Origin: the human T2T-CHM13v2.0 reference genome, Homo sapiens
Length of the DNA stretch: 64,000 nucleotides
Assembly (NCBI RefSeq): GCF_009914755.1
Contig: NC_060935.1
Strand: one strand, 5' to 3'
The notes beneath the pieces were generated by a model. That model made no database searches. It worked only from the letters and a program-made list of their open reading frames with translations, and was not told the origin of the DNA. Of the stretch, positions 12,640 to 24,586 are shown in pieces. The translations under genes and the position numbers were made by a program. Every line of letters begins with the position of its first letter. Position 1 is the first letter of the stretch.

Positions 12640-14555
12640 TTTGATGACTCCCAAAGTTCATCAGCAGAAGCTTCTGTTTTGTTCCATTTTAACTAATGCT
12701 GTCTACATAGCCACTCAAAATTGATGTCATTTTATTTTAATAAGTGAGAAAAATTCTTAAAAAGATAATTAACAACCCCATCACACCTTATCTCCATTGA
12801 CTTCCAATTTAAAAATTACAGCTATTAAGCTGATCCTAAAATGTGACCTATACAAGTTCACATTTTTGTGTACTGAATTATTGTGAATCAGTTATACCTT
12901 AATAAGGTTTCAAAACTACAAACTTTTTTGTCTCAGATGCTTCCCTTCCACTGACAGAAGCAGCTAAGTTTGAGGAGCTATCTAATGGCTACTAGACTCA
13001 GAATTTTGTTCATTACTATATCTTAGAAAGTACAGACAGTTTTATTCCACAGAATACCAGAAAACAGTATTTCACACCCCTTTACAACAGCAGATATAGC
13101 CACAATAGCAGTGTTTAAAACTAAAAATTCTTTTGAAGTCCAATCCCTATCACATCTCTATGCTTCCTCCAAGAGCTTTGTCTGCGAAAAACATACAAAG
13201 AAAATTGGTCTGAGGACACTACATGAGAAAGTGCCCTAGAATAAGATTATTAAGAAGCTAATTTTAAGCTTTGCAAATATTCTGTTTCTACAAAAGATGA
13301 ATGAGGAAAGTATCCACGATGATTGCATCAGTTTCCCAAAGTTAATCTAACAGAGTCCCTACATGTAGCTTTAGGGATATATCTCAAGCCAGTTACCAGT
13401 CTTTCCACTCACAGACACACATCCAGCAGGAATAGGAGTGATTACCGGGCAGAATTCCTAACCCTTGTGGCAAGGGAAATACTATCCTATAGCACCACTC
13501 AACAATTATCCCTCTGAGCAATTAAAATAACCAGTGAAGTGGGTCTCCAAAAGGAGCCTTCACCCATTCCTTCATTTGAGCCAGCCCTGACAATGAGGTT
13601 GCCAAAGCTAGCACTAACACCCGAGGAACAAGAAATAAAGGCCAGCAAAGCTCAATCTTGCATCCAAAGATATTAAAAAGGAAACTAAATGACATGGAGA
13701 AGACATTCTTAAGAATTACCTAACTAATACAGAAAGGAAAAAAATAAATAACATAATAAAATCATTTTTATTCCCTTTTCATTTTTTCCACATTCCTTTA
13801 CAACTTATTTTAATAATAATTTTGTTTTAAAGTAAAGCCCTGAGTGATGGTTTGCCTTTTATAAATAAGAATAACAGGCAAGAATGCAATTTGTCCTATT
13901 TTTCTAGTGTTTTGATCAACCAACTCCTCTCACCTGGTCTTTAGCAAGTATCAATTATTACAGCAGTGATTCAAGGTCATGGAAAAGAGCAAAGCTAATA
14001 GGTCCATAGAAAAATCAAGGCTTGTGCCCTCGTTAATACTGCATTCTAAACAAACACTAAGTCCATGTTCAGAGAGCTGTACTAACTCTTCTGAAAGGAA
14101 GCAGCTTACGTTCAACTCAAAATTTCTTTTAAAACTCTCTTTGCTTTGACAGAGAGGCAGAGAAACAAAAGTGCTTGCATATCAGAAAAGGAAAGGACCA
14201 TAAAGAACAAAGACGGAAAAGGAAAGCTCGAACTCCTTAAGAACATTGTCTCTACATATCCATTCACCTGTTCTATCATTTCACACATATATATTTCACA
14301 TGCATACATATATCTCATCTGGTACATAGTATGTGCTTAAAAGCTGTGTTGATTAAAATTATCATACAATTAGAAGAACAGACAAGGACAGAAAAAAGTA
14401 AGCATACTCTCTTAAATTACATCACCAGTCACATCAGATATTTAGGAAGCCCCAAGTTAGGAGTTTCTAACATTTGTTTTAAACTATTTTTTACAGGATG
14501 AAATGAGATGAAACATGGGTCAAATTACATGTGAAGCCACACCTACCTCCGCAGA

Positions 14556-14688
14556 TTTTTTTTTTTTTTCCAGAGTGATAGGGTCTCACTATGTTGCACA
14601 GGCTGGCCTTGAACTCCTGTGCTCAAGGAGTCTTCCTGCCTCAGGCTCCCTAGCAGTTGAGACTACAGGCACACACCACCTCCCAGCC
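14556..14688 (-). mobile_element. FLAM (free left Alu monomer)
   Basis: Poly-T followed by GGGTCTCACTATGTTGCACAGGCTGGCCTTGAACTCCTG...GACTACAGGCACACACCACCTCCCAGCC. About 130 bp, monomeric. Confidence 0.85.
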
Positions 14689-15760
14689 TGATGTTTTATA
14701 GAGATAAAAATATGACTAAAACTAACCCCAAGGAAAGACTCACAAGAAGAATGATGTCATAAATGGCTCAATGTAACCAATGGGGTAATTGTGGGACCTG
14801 AAGGAGAAGTTCTACCCTTTTGCCTTTATAAAGGACATGTGGTACATAAACAGACTAAAGTATTTAGACCTCAGATCACCTTCAACTTTGGTGCAAGAGG
14901 CTTTTTCTCTGTTCATTTAACACCTTCTCTGATGATCAATATCTTCCCTAACCAATGCCATCAACCTGCTATCTTCTGAATTCCAATGGATTAAACCATA
15001 GGCCTGCCAAAAAGTAGTGAAAGATAATCACCAAAATAATTTCATTGCTATGACAGAGCCTTATGGCGACAACCTCCATTCTTTACCAACATTTTCTCTA
15101 TCCCTAACTTTCCTCTTGCAGTCCCCTAACCCCCCTCCAAAAAAAAAAAAAAAACAGGCAGAGGATTGGGGGAAAACAGCTATGTTGGGTTTATGTTTCA
15201 AAATTCTTTAAAGATAAAAATATTTTTCCTCCCAGTTAACAGCTTTAACATAAATTGATTGCAAATGCCTCTAGCAGAGGTAATATCATGAGTTCCTTCC
15301 ACACTAAGATATATATGACTCTGAATGCATTTTATAAGGCTAGAATATCTATCCTTGATTCCAAAATAAAATAGACACACTAGAAGAAGAGAAAATCACT
15401 GACTAATCATGAACACAGTTACAAATATCCTTTAAATTTTAACTAATTCTATAGTGTAAATGAAAATCCACTGAGAACAAATAAGTTTTGTCACGGTTAT
15501 CCTAAATGGTTCAGAAAATCTACCAATAATACCATATTCACAGATTAAAGAAGAATAACTCTATAAGCATCCCAACAGATGCAATGGATAGAAGACAAAA
15601 CCTACCAAAAACTATATAGTTATTGGTAAAATTTAGGATGCATTGCCATCACAGACAGAAACAATGTCTTTCCTCGGTTTAAAAAAAAAAAGCTTCAGTC
15701 TAATTTTCAATAGAATAACTCAAGGCCAAGAGGAAGACTATCTAAAATAAGGCCCAAATA

Positions 15761-16123
15761 TATAGAAAACCAAAAACCACATGTTCTCCCTTATATGTGC
15801 AATCTAAAACAACTGAACTCAATAGAAGCGGAGAGCAGTAGGTGGTTACCAGAGGTTGGGTGGGGATGGGGAGGAATAGGGAGATGTTGGTTAAAGGGTA
15901 CAAAGTTGCAATTAGGCAGGAGGAACACATGGTAAGTATTTAAGGTGATGGATATGTTAGTTTGATTCTACCATTCCACATGTATACATTTCACATGCAT
16001 ACATATATCATATCCCAGTGTATCCCATAAATACATATAATTATAATTTACCCAAAAACTAAATAAAGAAATTTTAAAAGTTTCTAAATCTTAAATGAGT
16101 TTTTAAAAATAAAATAATAAAAT
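15761..16123 (+). mobile_element. L1MA-like 3' end
   Basis: CCACATGTTCTCCCTTATATGTG...GGTTACCAGAGG...GGTACAAAGTTGCAATTAG...GGTGATGGATATGTTA with an A-rich tail. Possible degenerate TSD AAAATAAGGCCCAAATA / AAAGTAATGTCCAAATA. Confidence 0.8.
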
Positions 16124-16326
16124 AAAGTAATGTCCAAATAGCAGTTCTGACCCAAAAGACATAAGACACACCAGGGCTTCCCTAAGTGTTTGTGTAGGTC
16201 ATGACAGGCTCTTTGTGGTGGGAAATATTTATTATTTAACATTAAGTAAGAAACAAAGAACATGCAATGACATCTATGATCTAATTGCAGTTACATTAAA
16301 TTCGTTTTTAAAAGATATGAGCAAGG

Positions 16327-16631
16327 GGCCAGGCATGATGGCTCACGCCTATAACACCAGCACTTTGGGAGACCAAGGTGGGAAGATTGCTTGAGCCCAG
16401 GAGTTCGACACTAGCCTGTGTAATGAAGTGAAACCTCATCTCTACAAAAAACAAACAAAATTAGCCAGGCATGGTGGTGTGCGCCTCTAATCCCAGCTAC
16501 TTGAGGGAGCTGAGATTGGAGAATCACTTGGGCCTGGGAGGTCGAGACTGCAGTGAGTCATGATCATGCCACTGCACTCTAGCCTGGGCAACAGAGCAAG
16601 AACCGGTCTCCAAAAAAAAAAAAAAAAAAAA
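16327..16631 (+). mobile_element. AluJ, full length
   Basis: Dimeric Alu with J-type GATTGCTTGAGCCCAGGAGTTC and poly-A. TSD AAAAGATATGA(G/A)CAAG on both sides. Confidence 0.95.
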
Positions 16632-18274
16632 GATATGAACAAGTATGAACAAGGACTGGAAATAAGCAGGTAAAAATGAAAACAGATGATATACTGTGGA
16701 AGTGTATGAGAGGTTTTATCTTTTTTCTTATTGTTTTAACATAACTTTTAACCAAAAATAATAATAAGGGTGCATATGACTACTATGTGATACTATCCTA
16801 TGAACAACTTAGGGTAGGGGAGATAGTGAGTGACTGAAAAAAAAAAAAAGAAAAAGAAAAATCACACATAGAAGGGTTAAAGGAACAGGAAAGGCGTAGT
16901 GTCAGAGAAGGCTCTTCCTAGGAGGAATTTTATCCATTTTAAATTGTATTTGGTCTTGGTTGCAAATTTGGGGTCATCTGAAGAAAGGGGAAATTCTACA
17001 TAATGACTGATAGTAAAACTGTAAAATCTACTACCTCTGAGAAACTCCACCTGTATAACTAAGTGTGCATGCTATTCCAAATGTGCTGTTGTCTGCGAGG
17101 ACTTTCAAAGGTTAATTGGCTTTTTCAGTTTTGGCTTGATTTTAAAATTGTTCTAATGAGGCCCTTACTCTCATAAACTAGTTAGCACCCCAATCTTTTC
17201 CTAATGAAAGTATCAACACCCAAGGGACTTAAATCTGAGGCTCTTATAAATGTGAGACATATCTATAAGGGCTAGGGAAAAAACTGCCAACTTAAGACCT
17301 TGGCACTTAAGGTTTGCCAGGTAAAAAAGACCAAATTTTATTGAGAATACACATCTTTTAATTTCATGGATTAAAAAAAACAGGATATTATTTTAATGTT
17401 GGGATTTTTAAGTACATTTACTACAAAATGGTCCAGCCTGTGCTTAAGAGAGATGATTAAACTATCAACCTAGTCTTTACATGCATATTTCAATATAAAA
17501 ACACAAACAAAATGCAGACCTCCTAAAAGAGCAAGAAATATAAATTAAAAACATTACTTCTTTAACAGTGACTTACCAAAGTCAAGCAGAATTTGCATAG
17601 CTATATTTGGAGAATAAATTTTCTTTCAAATCCAGATTATGTTTTCTAGGTGAATGCAAAATTTGTACTACAATATTCATTTTTGTTTTGTTTTCTAAAC
17701 TAGTGAGAGCTTTAATTTGAAGCAAATCTATTAACAATTATACATTAATGAAAAGGATTAACATATGAAAATGTCACAAGCAGAGAATATTTCTTCAGAC
17801 ATAAGCAGATAAAGTACTCTGTCCAATTCCTGTTGAACTTGTGTATCTAATAAAAGTATCAAATTGCTATAAATAAGTGAATATCAAAAATATAAGCAAA
17901 TTTCAACTTCTTTCATTTATGAAAAAGGAAAACTACACACAGAAAGCTAGATATAGAAATTCTATAAATTTATTCTATTTTCAAAATAATATAAACTAAA
18001 AGTCTGGATTTTATCTATTTATATCATCTCATTTGCATTTTATTCTTTGACAATGCTAATAACATTATTTCAGCTAAAACTATATTTGTTTAAACTGTAA
18101 CACATTTCATCATAAAACCCATACTCCTTTATGCTCATGAAAAGTAAACTAGAATAAATCGCAAATATTAGGTGAGACAATGGACATTAAAATATTTCTC
18201 CAAATCAGATATATCCATATATGCATCCACCATAACAGTTGTGCAGTTATGCAACTTTGGCTGTATGCATTACA

Positions 18275-18890
18275 ACACTCAGTTGGGTAAGTGATAAAAA
18301 ACTAACTCAAAGTAGCTTTTTTTATTAAAAAAATAATTTGTCGGTTGGGCACTATGGCAGGCACCTGCAGTCCCAGCTACTCAGGAGGCTAAGGCAGGAG
18401 GGTCACTTAAGCCTGGATGACTTGAGATCAGCCTGGGCAATACTATGAGACCCCCATCTCTAACAAATAAAAAAGTAAACCAACAGGCAAACAAAAAATA
18501 ATTTATTGGTTCACTTAATTGAAAAGTCCTGCCTTCTAACACACCTGGACTCAGTACTTAAATGGTATAATTAGGAAATTGGTTTTTCTCCTTCTCTCTC
18601 TCAGGCAGGCTCTCCCCTTTCAGTGGCAAAGATGACTATCAGAAGCTCAAGGTTAGAAACCTCAGTAGAAAGACAGTGTTTCCTTCCCAGTAATTCCAGG
18701 AAATATCCCAGGATTGAGTCTCACTGGCCTGGCTTGGATAGCATGTTTATTTCTGAACCAATCACTGTTGCCAGGAGTATGAAATGCCCACTCCCTATGA
18801 CGTGGGAGGAAAAAGGCAGTTCCACCTCAACCACAGGTACCAAAAGTGAAAGAAGGGTTGTTCCCCAAAAGAAAACCAGAACAAATGCTG
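18275..18890 (-). mobile_element. ERVL-MaLR LTR (MLT1K/L-like) interrupted by a FLAM
   Basis: AACTCAAAGTAGCTT...ATTTATTGGTTCACTTAATTGAAAAGTCC...GTGGCAAAGATG...TGAACCAATCACTGTTGCCAGG. Confidence 0.7.
18343..18492 (+). mobile_element. FLAM_A-like monomer
   Basis: GGTTGGGCACTATGGCAGGCACCTGCAGTCCCAGCTACTCAGGAGGCT...AGCCTGGGCAATAC...GAGACCCCATCTC, flanked by a repeated AAAAAATAATTT. Confidence 0.85.
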
Positions 18891-19336
18891 CATAGTGAAA
18901 ACAGTAAACAGCAAAAGAGTTTCTTTTGACAGTAATTATTACAGTGAGGTAACTTCAGAGGAAAAATATAAAAACAATTGCAAACTTCATTTAATAGCAG
19001 TTGCACAGCAAAAACTTCTTTGCATTGTTTCTAGTAGTCCCAAAAGGGGGACAAAAAACACGAATCTAGCAATTCTTAAGACAAATGAGAATAAAAGTAT
19101 TCTTCATTCGATAACTTTTGTCCCTTCTCTTACTTCAGAGACAGCTACCCCAAGTAATCATTCCATCATCCCCTTTAAGTCTAAATTCTTAGAACTCTTG
19201 CAAAGATTTACAGAGCCCTAGCTACCCATCTCTAAAAATTTATTTTGATGGATCCTCAAGTAATATAAAAACTGCTTAAAGGCCACTATAAACATGAATG
19301 AGGGAATGAGGATCCCATATAACTTAATTCATTTAG

Positions 19337-19671
<335 letters not shown>

Positions 19672-19879
19672 GAGTTCTACACTTTTAAATGCGTATACCA
19701 CAAAAGTCTAACATTTTTTGGCCATTAATATCTTGGGTTGAGTATGCTCACCCAATTCTTTCCTGAAAGGAGGGTTTTATATGAGGGACTGGAAGGAGAA
19801 CATAAATGCAAAAGAAGCCTGGGGAAACTGGAAAGCGATTAAAGGAAAGAATGGCTGAGGTACCAAAAACAATATTCAT

Positions 19880-20660
19880 TTATGTCAAATTCATTCACAC
19901 ATTCATTTTATGCATACATTTAGAGCACTGACAATGAGCAAACTATTGTGCTAGAGATGATACAAAGAAACATGTCATAGTCCCCACTCCTCCAAAATCA
20001 TAACTGGCAGTGGGAGAGAAGAAGCATGAGCAGTGATAATGAGAGTGATGTGCCAATTCCTTCTTTTTGTTTTCCCCCACCAAAAGCTCCAGATTTTGTT
20101 CAGGTCGCAGGATAAATAATACACTTCATATTCTTCAGAAACGTTTCATTTAACTCATCTGCAAATTCAAGAAACTACTTTTTACCTAACTCTCAGGATA
20201 ACATGAAAATAGTAAAAGCTGGCAGCACATATAAGAAAAGCTAAATGTAAGAAAAGCAATGCAAATTTGGTAAATTATGAAAAGAATTGGGAATATGGAA
20301 ATTTGCAGAATTTTTAATTAATTCCCTCAGTAATTATAAACTGAGTGCCTACTGAATAATGGGCATTATATATGGTCATGTAGTAAGATGGATTATACTT
20401 AATACCCCTGCAAGTTTAAAAAAAAACACAAAACTTTCCATCAGAAACTAGTATTAATAAAAGGACTGTTCACAAAAATTACTAAAAAGATAAATTGTGA
20501 CAAGAACAAAAAGAGAGAGACAAAATGCTATGGGAGTTCAGATCACAGAGGCGAGATCACAGAAGACTACAAGTAGCTAGGCCTTGAAAGATGGATGAAA
20601 TTCCTACAAGTAAATATGTTTAACAGAAGTATTCCAGGTACAAGAAACTACATGAAATAT
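19880..20660 (-). mobile_element. Fragmented L2 remnants
   Basis: ATTCATTCAC...CATTTAGAGCACTGACAATGAGC; ACTGAGTGCCTACTG; GGCCTTGAAAGATGGATGAAATT...ATTCCAGG. Several degraded pieces. Confidence 0.5.
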
Positions 20661-21111
20661 ATCAAGAAAATACAAACTGCTTCTATGTCAGTCAGTTCCA
20701 AAATATCTATAGAATTTTGGATGAGAGGATAATATAAATATAAGCTATTTTGTAATATTCTATATTTTAATGCATTGTTATTCAATATTAGAAGATTCTG
20801 AGAGCTATAAATAATGTATGCTAGAATACTTTGCTAGTCATTATATTCACAATGTATGAATAATGGAACTCTTCAAATACATCTGTATTGGGCATTATAT
20901 GCAGAAGGTACCCAAGATACATGTTCTTTTTTCAATATTTTTATTTTGCAAATGAGTAAGAAAATATGAAGTAAGCCTCCCACATGTAATGGGAAGTACG
21001 TTTGAATGTTTGACAGCCTAGACATGTAAATTACCTGCTTAATTTGGCATGTAAATAAAAATATCTAGGCCCCTACAAAGACTTTTGTTACCAAAAATAA
21101 AATATAACTAT

Positions 21112-21560
21112 TTGTTTAGTGAAATAAGCCAGGCACAGAAAGATAAATACTACATATTCTCATTCTTATATGGATGCTTAAAAAAAAAAAGCTGATTTCA
21201 TAGCAGTAGAGTAGAATAGTAACTACTAGAGGATAGGAAAGGTAACAGGGAGAAAAACAGGGAGAAGTTGGTTAAAAGATACAAAATTACAGCTAGATAG
21301 GAGGAATTTCTATAGAATACTACATAGGAGAATCTAGTTTTCTACAGCATTGAAGGTGACTATAGTTAACAATTTACTGAGTATTTTCAAGTAGCTAGAA
21401 GACAGCATGATTTTGAATGTTCTCAAAACAAAAATGATAAATATTTGAGGTGATGGATATGCTAATTACCCTGATTTGATCATTACATATTGTATACCGA
21501 TATTGAAATATCACTCTGTACCCCATAAATATGTACAATTATTATGTCTTAATTAAAAAT
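21112..21560 (+). mobile_element. L1MA-like 3' end (L1MA4-7 type)
   Basis: AGTGAAATAAGCCAGGCACAGAAAGATAAATAC...ATACAAAATTACAGCTAGATAGGAGGAA...GAGGTGATGGATATGCTAATTACCCTGATTTGATCATTAC...CCCCATAAATATGTACAATTATTATGTC. Confidence 0.9.
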
Positions 21561-24543
21561 TATATGCACAAAGAACACCATGGAATACACAGGCAGAATA
21601 AATGATCAATCACGAGGGATACTAGCAAACTTCTAGATTATCTGGCAATCTAAATGGCATGTCATTGAGGAAAATAACAGTAAAGAGAATCTTGAAGAAA
21701 AAAATGCCTCCTGAGTGTATCGATTCCTAGATTAAAAGAGTAAAGTTATGAGGAACACTGGTGGGATTTGGGATTCTAGATAGTCCTTTGATTTTAAATA
21801 TTCAGCATAAAGTTTAGCACACATGACTTCACAAGGGATTGGTCCCAATATGTAGCTCTTTAAAGAGTATACACTTACTCTGTTGCCTACCTCTCCGTAC
21901 AATGAACATGATCATGGTGCTCACCTCGTAAGGCATTAGCACCACAGTAGGCTAATAGAGCACTAGAGACAGTCTGCTTGTCACATGTACCATGGTCAGC
22001 TGGAAAAATACACCTTCACATTTAGACCCACATGATTCACAATCAAACTTTAATAGAAAGAAAAGCATGTTCAGAAAAAGACTTTTGCCAAGCTCCCTGT
22101 AGACTGAAATGCCAATTTTTCCTACTGGTGAGCATCATGCTTCCAGCATTATTCTTTAGCAAGGAAAATATAAAACAACAGATAGGCACAGAATTTTCCA
22201 AGAAGTCTCTAGTCTCTCTGGAACTATAAAAATTATTTATTCTGAATTGTAGGCAGTCTTCCAAGTATGACATTTTAGAAGATTCCACTACCTTCTAAAA
22301 TACCAGATTTGGAAAACTGAATACTACCTGACAATTCTTGGAAACAAATAATGGCTAATTTGTACCAGCTAAAAAGTAAAGTCTGAAAATCTGCCCCAAA
22401 TTATTTAAATTAAGGAGTCTTCATTTCAACAGGTTGCCAGCTAATCTCAGAATTTGGACTTTAAGCATCCACGACACTAAATCATTCTCAGCAGCATTTT
22501 TCAAGAACTTTATATTCTTCTCTTCTTAACATTTCCTATACTTTCACAAATTCACTCAATTATTCATTCAACAAATATTTATTAGGTGCTTACTATCTGC
22601 TAGGAACTGTAATTGACAAGAAACCAGAGGTATTTTTCCACTTTGGGGACTATGAAATCTTGACAGAATATCACAATAGTGTCCCATAAAGCCACTACCA
22701 AATACTTTAAATGTCAGCTAGTAATTGGATGGGCAAGATGGAAGACATGGAGACAGAAGTATTCCATAGAACAATACCTTCCTTCTACCTTTCACACTGA
22801 AGCGTGAAATGGAGTCAGAACTCCCCATGTAAATTTGATGTCCTTTCATACTGGACGAATTTAGCTACACTAACCAGCCAGCCTTGGTGAGAAAGTGGAA
22901 GTATTGTCCTGCTTGAAGAGAGGAAATGAGTTGCTTTTGTTGAGGAAGAACTAAGCAATAATACACAGCACAGGAAAATCCAAATGTGCTTTTTTTAAAA
23001 ATTCATATATTGGCACTTTGAGGCTTACCATGAGTATCTAATTAACAAGAATGCTAATGGCAACACATTTACTTTGGGTTCCATCCAGACTGTAACTGCA
23101 TTGCCTCCTAACCATCCATACCCCTGGCCCATCCTATCAATGGACAGCATATTGTGTTTTCTCTTTGAAAGGCTCAGACACAGGGCCAGAATGCCACTAA
23201 TTCAGCAAAAATTCACGACTGTGATTGGGGTAATAAGGTGCTAAAGAAGTCAGAAAGATCCTTGGCAGGGCAGGCATTTACAACCCCTCAGCCAGTTCAG
23301 GCTTCTGCCTGACAGATGATGCCATAGTCTTCTGGATTTAGGAGGATTCTCTTTTCCAAGAGGACCAACATCCATCTAAAAATAGACAGAGATGCAATAG
23401 GATAAGAACCAGAATGCGGCAGTGGGAAGTAAGAAAAGGAAAATATTTTACTGCAATATTCCAGCAACTTAATTTGGAAAAAAAAATCAGTTTGAGAATA
23501 GGCTTCTAATTCTCATACCTGAATATACATCTTATTTTTTAAAAGTTGAATGCCCCAACTATTTTTATAAAACAAATATACATATAACCATGGAACACAA
23601 TTGCTTAAACCTTATGCAGATATTGGTGCAAAACAATTACTATTTGAATTTGTTTTCAATTTCTTCATGCAAAGTGATGCCTAGTTTTAACTCTTTGTTT
23701 ATATAATTTTAAAGTGCTTTGTCTACTATAAATTATTTCTCTGAGTTCATTCTGTAACCAACACTCTCTCACTGGGTAAGCCATTTTGAAATATTTAAAC
23801 AAACGCTAATATTCCTGATGCTACAGCTTTTAAAAAATATGATGAAATTATTTAAAAATGTACGTTTCCTCGACTACTCATCTAGGTGGGTCCTTGTACA
23901 TCATTCTATGCATTATGAATGGTAAGAATCTTTCAGTTGTATATTATAATCACAGACATTTAAAAATGTGTTTTGCCTTCACCTTACAGTACTATATCCT
24001 GATAAAACTACTGAAATTGCATACAATGCAGGAATCATGGCAATTCAAACATAGAGACCTTGATCTAAAGTACTCCTGAAGTACAAGGTATTTTGAAATT
24101 CGTAAAATAACTAATTTTTTAAAAGTGATATGGTAATCATCATTAGTTCATTTTCTTCTGCTTTCTATCACTATAAAAAGGAAAACAGCCTAGGATCCAA
24201 ATGCATTGCAAGAGATTGGAGAATTTAAGATCAAGGATTTTTTATCCTGAGAACATGGGACTGGTACTCAGACAATGGTAGTACTACAGGGAACTGTCAA
24301 CTTGAAACAATACCATTGAATGTTTCTACTGTCAAGGCAGAATATAACAATTAGCCTTAAAAAAAGTGCATCTGGAATAAGAGAAATGGGAAGAAGTAAC
24401 AAATGTCTAGCTCGAGGCCGACTTCAATCTGGCAGAGTTCCCCACATATTCCTAACAGCATTCAATGGACCAGCTATCCTTAGCTCTCTCATCTATTACT
24501 GTGGGAAAAAACAGTGGTAGACAAAAAGTTGGGGGCAACAACA

Positions 24544-24586
24544 GGGAGTGGGAGGGGGGCCAGGGAGAGGGAGGGAACCTGATTGG
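24544..24586 (+). promoter_or_regulatory. G-quadruplex-forming motif next to a reversed CCAAT box
   Basis: GGGAGTGGGAGGGGGGCCAGGGAGAGGGAGGG has five runs of at least 3 G, then CTGATTGG. Confidence 0.4.
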
